In this document: positions 1 to 8,783 of the stretch, in pieces
Position numbering within the stretch: position 1 is the stretch's first letter
Layout of the letters: each line of letters begins with the position of its first letter
Assembly (NCBI GenBank): GCA_016179745.1
Contig: JACPCP010000016.1
Coordinates: 10,819 to 74,818 of the forward strand
DNA: 64,000 bases
Direction of reading: 5' to 3'
Source of the DNA: Candidatus Omnitrophota bacterium
GTDB lineage: Bacteria; Omnitrophota; Omnitrophia; Omnitrophales; JACQLI01
The notes under the pieces: generated by a model
Database searches by the model: none
What the model saw: only the letters and a program-made list of their open reading frames with translations
What the model was told of the DNA's origin: nothing
Made by a program: the position numbers and the translations under genes

Positions 1-1
1 A

Positions 2-958
2 GCCCTTTTTGCGGAGCGCCGTGTCGCTCTGCCGAAAGAGTTCAGTTCGAGCCCGTTTCTCTTATACCGCTTCACGAAGCTTTTGGGGGAACGGCAGCTA
101 GAGGATTATCCCGATGCCGTGGTCTTGAGGTTTGGCAATGTGCTGGGACCGGGGGATGAGAGTGACCGGACGGTTCCGAAATTCATTCGGGAAATGAGCC
201 GGGCAAAACCGGGGGAACGAAAGACCTTTATTCCAGGGCGTCAGGACTCCTTTATTGATGTCCGGGATTTGGTGCGTGGCCTGGAAGCGGCCGCCCGGGT
301 TTCCGTGGACGATGGAAAGAAAATCATCAATGTAGCTTCCAGCTTTCCGGTTATGCAGAAGAGACTTTTAGAGACGATCAAAGAAATTACCAATTCCCTG
401 GTCCAAGTTGAGGCGATGACCGATGAAAAAATGAAACAACTCGGCCTTCACCCGCCGCCTCCGATTTGGTTTTCCCCCAAATTGATGACAGCAAAGCTCG
501 GTCTCAACCCGGCGCATTTCACGACGTTGAGGAAGAGTTTGGGAGACACAAAGGAATGGCTGCTTGATTTGACGCCGGAACAAAAATGGGCTGTGCCAGA
601 AGAGCGTTCTGAGGTGCGGAGGGAACATCAAAGGGGACAGTCCCCTTTTGGGGGACAGGCAAACCGGTTTCGTGGGGAGATTTCGTTGAGGCGGGCGGCG
701 ATCGAGGTGGCGATTGTGGCGGGAGGAATTCTGGGGCTGGCTGCCTCGCCGTGGGCAAGAGAACGAATTCATCGGATCTTTAACGGGCGCCTCTCAGCGC
801 CGGCCTCGGTGCCTGTCCGTCGTAGGCTTTCGGTCCGGCGGCCTAAAGTTCGCAAGCCCGAGTCCGCTCGAAATCTCCGTGTGGCCCCTGTGGATGATGA
901 CCACCTTGGGGCATTTTTTGCTGGTGCCACGGGAAGGTTTGTCAATTCCTCCGCTTGA
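2..958 (+). CDS. NAD-dependent epimerase/dehydratase (extended SDR), truncated at the 5' window edge, with a ~130-aa Arg-rich C-terminal extension
   Basis: The frame is open from nt 2. The catalytic YxxxK motif (YRFTK) is at nt 65-79, followed by FGNVLGP and FIDVRDLV motifs. The tail contains the hydrophobic helix AAIEVAIVAGGILGLAASPWA. Confidence 0.6.
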   Translation, partial: ALFAERRVALPKEFSSSPFLLYRFTKLLGERQLEDYPDAVVLRFGNVLGPGDESDRTVPKFIREMSRAKPGERKTFIPGRQDSFIDVRDLVRGLEAAARVSVDDGKKIINVASSFPVMQKRLLETIKEITNSLVQVEAMTDEKMKQLGLHPPPPIWFSPKLMTAKLGLNPAHFTTLRKSLGDTKEWLLDLTPEQKWAVPEERSEVRREHQRGQSPFGGQANRFRGEISLRRAAIEVAIVAGGILGLAASPWARERIHRIFNGRLSAPASVPVRRRLSVRRPKVRKPESARNLRVAPVDDDHLGAFFAGATGRFVNSSA

Positions 959-976
959 GGTAGAATAACCCTCATT

Positions 977-1540
977 GTGAGCCGGTACGATGTTTTTCAT
1001 TTAGTCTCGAGAGAATTCTCAAAAGCCAGGATCAACCATGTCCTGATCGGCGGGTTTGCTGTCAACTTTCACCAGTATTCCAGAAATACAGGCGATGTTG
1101 ATTTTTTGATGGCGGAAAAGGATTACGAGAAGGCTTTGCCGCTCCTTGAGAAAGGGGGATACAAAGAGATGGTGAGACAGCCCCTTTTCGCCCGGCTGAA
1201 AAACGAAGACCCGGGTATGATGGATGTCGACATCATGTTCGTCGACGAGCCCACCTTTGAAGGAATCTTCAAGGAAGGAAAGAGGGCAAAGATTGAAGAT
1301 GTCGAATTTGTGGTACCCTCCCTGAATCATCTTTTGGCCCTCAAGCTGCATTCTTTGAAACACAATCCCCGCCGTTTGGCGCCGGACCTGGTCGATCTTG
1401 ACAACCTGGTTAAAATCAACCAGATTGATGTTCGGTCGAAGGAATTCCGAGAGCTTTGTCTCAAGTTCGGGACTTCTGAGATTTATGAAGCCCTGTTGGG
1501 AGGCCAAGGATATGGAAAAATTAAACTTCCCGGTTTTTAA
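977..1540 (+). CDS. Nucleotidyltransferase-fold protein (MNT/AbiEii-like, minimal)
   Basis: GTG start. The pattern LIGGFAVNFHQYSRNTGDVDFL matches the GG..A....G..R.T.D.D nucleotidyltransferase signature. No closer family can be assigned by eye. Confidence 0.45.
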   Translation: MSRYDVFHLVSREFSKARINHVLIGGFAVNFHQYSRNTGDVDFLMAEKDYEKALPLLEKGGYKEMVRQPLFARLKNEDPGMMDVDIMFVDEPTFEGIFKEGKRAKIEDVEFVVPSLNHLLALKLHSLKHNPRRLAPDLVDLDNLVKINQIDVRSKEFRELCLKFGTSEIYEALLGGQGYGKIKLPGF

Positions 1541-1682
1541 GGAGCCGCCGCCGGGCCCCCCCATTCTTTCAATGGATCAATACCTCAGGTTCGTGGAAGA
1601 ATGCCGCTGGCTTTTTAACCAGAAGGCCTATGAAAAACAAAAGCAAGAACATAGCGTCAACGTCCCTTTCAGGCTGAAATAG
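1512..1682 (+). CDS. Hypothetical small protein (56 aa), overlapping the end of the nucleotidyltransferase gene
   Basis: An in-frame ATG lies within track ORF 1398..1682: MEKLNFPVFKEPPPGPPILSMDQYLRFVEE... No motif recognised. Confidence 0.2.
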   Translation: MEKLNFPVFKEPPPGPPILSMDQYLRFVEECRWLFNQKAYEKQKQEHSVNVPFRLK

Positions 1683-1705
1683 GTTCTTCCTTCTACAATC
1701 CTCGA

Positions 1706-2983
1706 GTGAAACAATCCAATCTCTTCAAAGAGGCATTAAAGCACCTTCCCTCGGGTGTCAATTCGCCGGTGCGGGCGTTCGGGGCCGTGGGCGGGACACC
1801 CGTTTTTATGAAACGGGGACGGGGCGCCTTTGTTTACGACGAATCCGGGAAGCGTTACCTTGATTTTTGCCTCTCGTGGGGGCCCCTGATTTTCGGCCAC
1901 GCCCCCGCCGGTCTCGTGAAGGCCCTTCAACGGGAAGTCAAAAACGGGACGAGCTTCGGCGCAGCGACGAAGAAGGAGACGGAGCTTGCCCAGCTCATCA
2001 AAAAGGCCTTTCCTTCGATTGAAAAGGTGAGGCTCGTCTCTTCCGGCACCGAGGCCGTGATGAGCGCGATTCGCCTCGCCCGGGGCGTCACGGGCCGGAA
2101 AAAAATTCTCAAGATCGAAGGCGGCTACCACGGCCACGTCGATTCGCTCCTTGTCCGGGCGGGCTCCGGCGGCGCCACGTTCGGCATTCCCGATTCCCTC
2201 GGCGTCCCCGAGGAACTTGCCAAGCTCACGATCACTGTTCCCTTTAATCATTTCGAAGCGCTCCACGAAATTTTTCGAAGGGAAGGAAGGCGTTTGGCGG
2301 CCTTTATCCTCGAGCCCGTCCCAGCCAACATGGGTGTCGTCCTGCCGAAACCCGGTTATTTGAAAGAAGTCCGGTCGCTCACGAAAAAATACGGCGTTCT
2401 GTTGATTTTCGATGAAGTCATCACCGGATTTCGTCTGGCCCAGGGGGGAGCGCAGGAAAGATTTTCGATTGAACCGGACCTGACCTGCCTCGGGAAAATT
2501 TTGGGCGGCGGGCTCCCCTTGGCGGCCTTCGGTGGAAAGTCGAAATGGATGGACGAGCTGGTGCCCGAGGGGAAGGTTTATCAAGCCGGGACCCTTTCCG
2601 GGAATCCCTTGGCCGCCCGGGCGGCGATCTGGACGCTCCAGAAATTAATCGGGTCCCCTCCCACTCCGGCGCTTGAGAGGAAATCCGAAAATTTTTACGG
2701 GGCATTGAAGGACCGGATTCGCCATTTCCGCTGGCCTGTCCGCTTGAATGCCCTCGGATCGATGTTCACGATTTTCTTCGGCACCCACCCCGTGGACGAT
2801 TTCCGCTCCGCCCAACTTTGCGACACCCGGCTCTTTGCCCAGTTTTTCCACGGGGCCCTCGAGAAGGGGATTTACCTGGCGCCGTCGCAATTTGAGGCAA
2901 ATTTTGTCTCAACGGCCCACACCGAACAAGACCTCCGCCGGGCCGTCACCGTGTTCGAGCGTGTGCTCCGGAAAATTTTTTGA
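1706..2983 (+). CDS. hemL: Glutamate-1-semialdehyde 2,1-aminomutase
   Basis: 425 aa. N-terminus LPSGVNSPVRAF, class-III aminotransferase core, typical HemL length. Confidence 0.95.
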   Translation: MKQSNLFKEALKHLPSGVNSPVRAFGAVGGTPVFMKRGRGAFVYDESGKRYLDFCLSWGPLIFGHAPAGLVKALQREVKNGTSFGAATKKETELAQLIKKAFPSIEKVRLVSSGTEAVMSAIRLARGVTGRKKILKIEGGYHGHVDSLLVRAGSGGATFGIPDSLGVPEELAKLTITVPFNHFEALHEIFRREGRRLAAFILEPVPANMGVVLPKPGYLKEVRSLTKKYGVLLIFDEVITGFRLAQGGAQERFSIEPDLTCLGKILGGGLPLAAFGGKSKWMDELVPEGKVYQAGTLSGNPLAARAAIWTLQKLIGSPPTPALERKSENFYGALKDRIRHFRWPVRLNALGSMFTIFFGTHPVDDFRSAQLCDTRLFAQFFHGALEKGIYLAPSQFEANFVSTAHTEQDLRRAVTVFERVLRKIF

Positions 2984-2997
2984 TAGGATACCCTTCC

Positions 2998-3996
2998 ATG
3001 AAACAAACCCTGTCGCTCGAAGAAATTTACGTTCCGGTCGAGAAACAGCTCGAAAAGGTCCCGGAGGTCATTTTTGATATTCTCGCCACCCCCAACGAGC
3101 TCACGCACGAAGTCATCCGCCACTTTTTCTCACGTCCCGGAAAATTCCTGAGGATTGCGCTCACCTTCTTCGGCGCTTTGATTGAGAAGGGTGAAAAATC
3201 TGAGATTGAGGAGGAGAAACTTTTGAAGCTCGGCGCCGCCTTCGAGATTTTCCATTCGGCGACCCTGATTCACGATGACATCATTGACTCGGCCTTTGTC
3301 CGGCGGAACATCCCGACGGTCCACGTCAAGTGGAACCCGCAGGTGGCGGTCCTCGTGGGCGATTACCTCCACGACCGGGCCCTTGAGGCCATCTTTAGCG
3401 TGGGGAACCCCCGGATTACGGCGGCCTTCCTCAAGACGGCGGCGACCGTCTGCGACGGTGAAATTCACGAACTGGCCGAAAAAAATAACTTTAATTTGAA
3501 GGAGGCCGAATACCTCCGGATCATCGAACAGAAAACCGCTTCTCTCATTGCGTGTGCGGTGGAGTCAGGCGGGATTCTGGCCGGGCTCGAGCCTGAAAAA
3601 TCAGAGGCCCTGAGGCGGTTCGGCCGGGCGTTTGGAATGGCGTTTCAGATCATCGATGACTGCCTGGATTTCACGGGCGAGGAGCACGAATTCGGGAAGA
3701 CGTTGGGGGCGGATTGCGAAGCGGGGGTCCTGACGCTTCCTTTGATCCGTTTGATTGAGCTGGTGGACGAGCCGGCCAAAAGCGAAGTCTATAAAATTTT
3801 CAAATCCGGGTTCGGCTCCGGCCGGTTCGAGACCCTCAAGGGCCTCTTGATGGAATACGGGACGATCGACTATGCCGTGTCGAAGGCCCGGGAATGGACC
3901 GAGAAGGCCCGCCTCGAACTTTCCGTTTTTCCGGCGTCGCCCGCCCGGACGGGCCTCGAGCGCCTTCTCGATTATGTCCTTGAGCGGAACCGGTAA
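2998..3996 (+). CDS. Polyprenyl diphosphate synthase (trans-IPPS, IspB/HepT-like)
   Basis: Two Asp-rich motifs, LIHDDIIDS and QIIDDCLD. The ATG at 2998 is preferred over the TTG at 2980, which overlaps the hemL stop. Confidence 0.85.
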   Translation: MKQTLSLEEIYVPVEKQLEKVPEVIFDILATPNELTHEVIRHFFSRPGKFLRIALTFFGALIEKGEKSEIEEEKLLKLGAAFEIFHSATLIHDDIIDSAFVRRNIPTVHVKWNPQVAVLVGDYLHDRALEAIFSVGNPRITAAFLKTAATVCDGEIHELAEKNNFNLKEAEYLRIIEQKTASLIACAVESGGILAGLEPEKSEALRRFGRAFGMAFQIIDDCLDFTGEEHEFGKTLGADCEAGVLTLPLIRLIELVDEPAKSEVYKIFKSGFGSGRFETLKGLLMEYGTIDYAVSKAREWTEKARLELSVFPASPARTGLERLLDYVLERNR

Positions 3997-4744
3997 GCTT
4001 TATCTCGTCGCGACGCCCATCGGAAATCTGAAGGATATTACGCTCCGGGCGCTTGAGATTCTGAAATCTGCGGACGTGATTGCCTCGGAAGACACCCGCC
4101 GGACCGGAGAACTTTTAAAGCATTACGGAATCGGAAAACGCCCGCTCCTTTCCTTTCACGACCACTCGGGCCCGGGCCGGGTGCGTGAGATTGTTTCCTT
4201 ATTAAAGGAAGGCCGTTCCGTGGCGCTGGTGACGGACGGCGGCACGCCGCTTGTTTCAGACCCCGGCTTTCCCCTGGTGCGGGAGGCGGTGCGGGAGGGG
4301 ATTCGAGTGGAGGCCCTGCCCGGGGCCACGGCCGTAATTCCGGCGCTTGTCGCCAGCGCTCTTCCGGCTGAGCGGTTTTCCTTTATCGGGTTCCTGCCGG
4401 CGAAATCGAACCGGCGAAAAAAGGAACTTCGGGAATTGGAGGGCCGGGAAGAGACCCTCGTTTTTTTTGAATCGCCGCACCGTTTGGCGGCGGCCCTCCG
4501 GGAAATGAATGAAATTTTTGGAGGCCGGGAAGCGGCGGTCTGCCGGGAGCTCACGAAAAAATTTGAAGAGATCGAAAGAGGGAATTTAAGCCGGCTTGCG
4601 GAGGAGTGGGAAACTCGGAAACCCAAGGGTGAGTTTGTGATTGTGATCGCCGGCAAAGGACGAAAGAAAGTTTTTAGGACCCCCTCACCCACGCCCTCTC
4701 CCCCCAAGGGGGAGAGGGGAGGGAGAGGGGGAAAGCACCCATGA
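3974..4744 (+). CDS. rsmI: 16S rRNA (cytidine1402-2'-O)-methyltransferase RsmI, with a Pro/Gly/Arg tail encoded by a palindromic element
   Basis: KLYLVATPIGNLKDITLRALEIL and ETLVFFESPHRL are RsmI hallmarks. The internal ATG at 3974 is preferred over the track start at 3872, which overlaps the previous gene by 125 nt. Confidence 0.9.
   Translation: MSLSGTGKLYLVATPIGNLKDITLRALEILKSADVIASEDTRRTGELLKHYGIGKRPLLSFHDHSGPGRVREIVSLLKEGRSVALVTDGGTPLVSDPGFPLVREAVREGIRVEALPGATAVIPALVASALPAERFSFIGFLPAKSNRRKKELRELEGREETLVFFESPHRLAAALREMNEIFGGREAAVCRELTKKFEEIERGNLSRLAEEWETRKPKGEFVIVIAGKGRKKVFRTPSPTPSPPKGERGGRGGKHP
4694..4718. repeat. Perfect 11-bp GC-rich palindrome (CCCTCTCCCCC-CAA-GGGGGAGAGGG) inside the rsmI 3' tail
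   Basis: Read directly from the sequence. It lies 23 nt upstream of the purN ATG. It resembles REP-type palindromes that translate as PSP..GERG. Confidence 0.5.
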
Positions 4745-5316
4745 AAAAGCTTGCCATTTTTGTCTCGGGGAACGGCACGAATATGGAAAACCTTCTCTGC
4801 CGAATCCGGGAAGGGAAGGTCCGGGCGGAGGCCTCGCTTGTCGTGAGCGACAACCCGGGGGCGTATGCCCTCGAGCGGGCGAAAAAATTCGGCGTCGAGT
4901 CGGTCGTGGTGGACCGGAAGAAATTCGATTCGAAGGAAAATTTTGAGGCCGAAATCCAACGTCGCCTGGCGGCGAAGAAAATTGATTACGTGATCCTGGC
5001 CGGTTTCATGCGGATCTTGAGCCCTTCCTTTGTGAGGGCCTACCGGGACCGCATTTTGAATATTCACCCGGCGCTCCTGCCGGATTTTCCGGGCGCCCAT
5101 GCCATTCAAGAGGCCTGGGAGGCGAAGGTCCGGAAGACGGGGGTCACGGTGCACTTTGTGGACGAGGGCGTGGACACGGGCCCTGTCATTCTCCAGCGAG
5201 AAGTTGCCGTCGAAGCGAATGACACGCTCGAGTCCCTCGAGAAAAAAATCCACGCTGTGGAATATGAAATTTATCCCGAGGCAATCAATCTTGTTTTGAA
5301 GGGCGAAGTAAAGTAA
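4741..5316 (+). CDS. purN: Phosphoribosylglycinamide formyltransferase
   Basis: 191 aa. KLAIFVSGNGTN, LAGFMRIL, NIHPALLP and VTVHFVDEGVDTGP motifs. ATGA overlap with rsmI. Confidence 0.9.
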   Translation: MKKLAIFVSGNGTNMENLLCRIREGKVRAEASLVVSDNPGAYALERAKKFGVESVVVDRKKFDSKENFEAEIQRRLAAKKIDYVILAGFMRILSPSFVRAYRDRILNIHPALLPDFPGAHAIQEAWEAKVRKTGVTVHFVDEGVDTGPVILQREVAVEANDTLESLEKKIHAVEYEIYPEAINLVLKGEVK

Positions 5317-6968
<1,652 letters not shown>

Positions 6969-6973
6969 CCGGT

Positions 6974-7001
6974 TTGCTATTTCAACGGTTTCCTTTATAA
7001 T
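6974..7001 (+). promoter_or_regulatory. Sigma-70-like promoter for tRNA-fMet (TTGCTA, 16 nt, TATAAT)
   Basis: -35 at 6974-6979 and -10 at 6996-7001, about 30 nt upstream of the tRNA 5' end. Confidence 0.4.
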
Positions 7002-7032
7002 AGCCCCGCTCTTTCACATTCGACGTCTACGG

Positions 7033-7360
7033 CGCGGGGTGGAGCAGTCCGGTAGCTCGTTGGGCTCAAGGCTGGGCGTCCCGGCAGCAATGCCGGGGAA
7101 GATCACCTGTCAAATTCGGGGAAGCCTTCCGCGAAGGTAATCCCGAGCCAAGCTTGAGCACTCAGGTGCTCGAGAAGGTGTAGAGACTTGACGGCAGGCA
7201 CCCGACACCGTTAGTTTTAACGGAAGGGTGAAGAGAAAGTCCAGACTACAAATTCGTTCTGCCATCTACGGAAATTTCGTGTTGAAGGCGGAACGGAGCA
7301 GCGAAAGCTGAAGTAGTATGCATAACCCAAAGGTCGTTGGTTCAAATCCAACCCCCGCTA
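7033..7360 (+). tRNA. Initiator tRNA-fMet (CAU), interrupted in the anticodon loop by an intron
   Basis: Exon 1 (7033-7066) and exon 2 (7321-7360) join to a 74-nt cloverleaf. It has a C1/U72 mismatch, GGG/CCC in the anticodon stem, and near-identity in design to E. coli tRNA-fMet. CCA is not encoded. Confidence 0.85.
7067..7320 (+). ncRNA. Group I intron (IC3-like, no ORF), 254 nt
   Basis: It follows an exon U and ends in G. A GNRA-capped hairpin lies at 7080-7097. The core strings GUCAAAUUCGG, GAGCCAAGCUU and GAAGGUGUAGAGACUUGACGGCA resemble the P3-P7 core of the Azoarcus and cyanobacterial tRNA introns as I recall them. Confidence 0.8.
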
Positions 7361-7370
7361 AATACGACAA

Positions 7371-7406
7371 CCGGAGGCAGGGCACAAATCCTGCCTCCGG
7401 TTTTTT
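7371..7406 (+). terminator. Rho-independent terminator after tRNA-fMet
   Basis: 11-bp stem CCGGAGGCAGG/CCTGCCTCCGG, 8-nt loop, then TTTTTT. Confidence 0.7.
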
Positions 7407-7518
7407 AAAGATCAGGGTTGCAGGCGTTCTTCCAAAAAGAGGTTCGTCCCGCAGAAAAATCGGATAACCCCAAGAACCATTTGGGCCGATTGCGGCTGAC
7501 AAGCCGTAGACACGATTC

Positions 7519-7548
7519 GCCCTCCTTAACCCAAGGAGGGCTTTTTTT
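7519..7548 (+). promoter_or_regulatory. Hairpin with U-tract that also sequesters a perfect Shine-Dalgarno (terminator or translational control element)
   Basis: GCCCTCCTT-AACCC-AAGGAGGGC (9 bp) followed by T7. AAGGAGG at 7533-7539 lies 9 nt before the ATG at 7549. Confidence 0.4.
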
Positions 7549-7686
7549 ATGATTGAAACTGACAAAAAAGACACAAAATTGAAATCAGACATTGCGGAAT
7601 GTGCGTCCATAAAAAAATTGCTTCAACAGGGTTTCCGGGTCCTCCAACCGAAACGGGGTGTTCAGCCCCGGATTTCTGATCTATAA
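7549..7686 (+). CDS. Hypothetical small protein (45 aa)
   Basis: The ATG is preceded by the AAGGAGG above: MIETDKKDTKLKSDIAECASIKKLLQQGFRVLQPKRGVQPRISDL. It is below the size cutoff of the ORF track, and no motif is recognised. Confidence 0.2.
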   Translation: MIETDKKDTKLKSDIAECASIKKLLQQGFRVLQPKRGVQPRISDL

Positions 7687-7697
7687 TTCAGTCGAAT

Positions 7698-8729
7698 ATG
7701 CACCCAAACAATTCCTTACTCGCTTTCTTTCTCCTGGCTTTTTCGGTTTCAACTCCCGCCTTTCCGGCCCCGACTACGGTTTCCGAGATTCAAACCTACG
7801 ACGAGCTCTTGCACGCCATTCGTGAAGTCCGAACCGCCAGCCAGAAGCGGATCGACCAGGCGATCAATCAAGAGAAAGTCCGTGAGGCCTGGGAGACGGG
7901 CAAGCTGATCGACGAACACGTGCTTCATCATAAAGAGCGGGCCGATTATGGAGAATACGTGCTCCTCAGGCTCTCAAGCGATCTGGGCAGGAGCCAAACA
8001 GAACTTCGCTTTATGCTCTTATTTGCCCGGGCCTACCCAATTTATCCGGCGCCGAATGAATTGACCTGGGCCCACTATAGGGAATTGCTTTCTATTCATA
8101 ATGAGGCCCAGCGAAAGGAAATCGCCGAACGGGCTGTAAGGGAAAAATGGGGCCATAAGCGGATCCGGGAAGAAGCACGCAGGCTCCAAGCATCAGAGGG
8201 ATTGGCGGAAGAAAAGACGGCGACGCCCGGGAAGCCGGGCGCTTACCGTGTGGTGGTGGCGGTGGACGGTCCTTATAAAAGAGAGCTGGCCCTGGACCTC
8301 GGCTTTTCAAGCTTCTTCCGTCCGGAAAAATTCGGCAGGTTTAAGCCCGGGGAGATTGTCACGCTGGAGAAGGGAAAGGTTAAGAAGAATCACCGGGAGT
8401 TCGCCGGGAAAGACCTTTTCACCTACCGGGCTTACGTGAGGCACATAGTCGACGGCGATACCTTTTATGCATTGATTGATCTCGGGTTTGGATTCACCAC
8501 GACTCAGAAACTCCGTCTGCGGGGCCTCGACGCCCCCGAAATCGAAACCGCCGAAGGCCGGGAGGCCAAAGAGTTTCTCACCACCCTCCTTGCGAGGCCC
8601 TTTCCCATTCTTATCCGCACCGTCAAATCCGACAAATACGACCGCTACTTGGCTGATGTCTGGGTGGACGAGACCTACGTCAACCAGGAACTCATCGCTC
8701 ACTCCCTCGCCGTCCAAGTCAGCGAATGA
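7698..8729 (+). CDS. Fusion protein: signal-peptide-like N-terminus, DUF1016_N (YhcG N-terminal) domain and a staphylococcal-nuclease (SNase/thermonuclease) domain
   Basis: The N-terminus is LLAFFLLAFSVSTPAFPAP. The middle region YGEYVLLRLSSDLGRSQTELRFMLLFARAYP...LTWAHYRELL fits DUF1016_N. The C-terminus IVDGDTFYA...LRLRGLDAPE...KYDRYLADV is the SNase motif set. Confidence 0.7.
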   Translation: MHPNNSLLAFFLLAFSVSTPAFPAPTTVSEIQTYDELLHAIREVRTASQKRIDQAINQEKVREAWETGKLIDEHVLHHKERADYGEYVLLRLSSDLGRSQTELRFMLLFARAYPIYPAPNELTWAHYRELLSIHNEAQRKEIAERAVREKWGHKRIREEARRLQASEGLAEEKTATPGKPGAYRVVVAVDGPYKRELALDLGFSSFFRPEKFGRFKPGEIVTLEKGKVKKNHREFAGKDLFTYRAYVRHIVDGDTFYALIDLGFGFTTTQKLRLRGLDAPEIETAEGREAKEFLTTLLARPFPILIRTVKSDKYDRYLADVWVDETYVNQELIAHSLAVQVSE

Positions 8730-8783
8730 TATACTGTCCGTGCTTTTTAAAAAATAGAGCCAGAGAAGAAGAGGAGAAAAGCC

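Noticed and set aside
7410-7518. A cobalamin riboswitch upstream of the DUF4430 and B12-rSAM cluster.
   Set aside because: I found no B12-box-like sequence (GCCACUG-type) or conserved AGGGAA/GGUGC core. The DUF4430 gene itself has only a 54-nt upstream spacer.
7266-7610. A 114-aa minus-strand ORF spanning the tRNA-fMet 3' exon and intron.
   Set aside because: It is antisense to a tRNA, a group I intron and a terminator. The ...GVGFEPTTFGL... string is the usual artefact of translating a tRNA T-arm in reverse.
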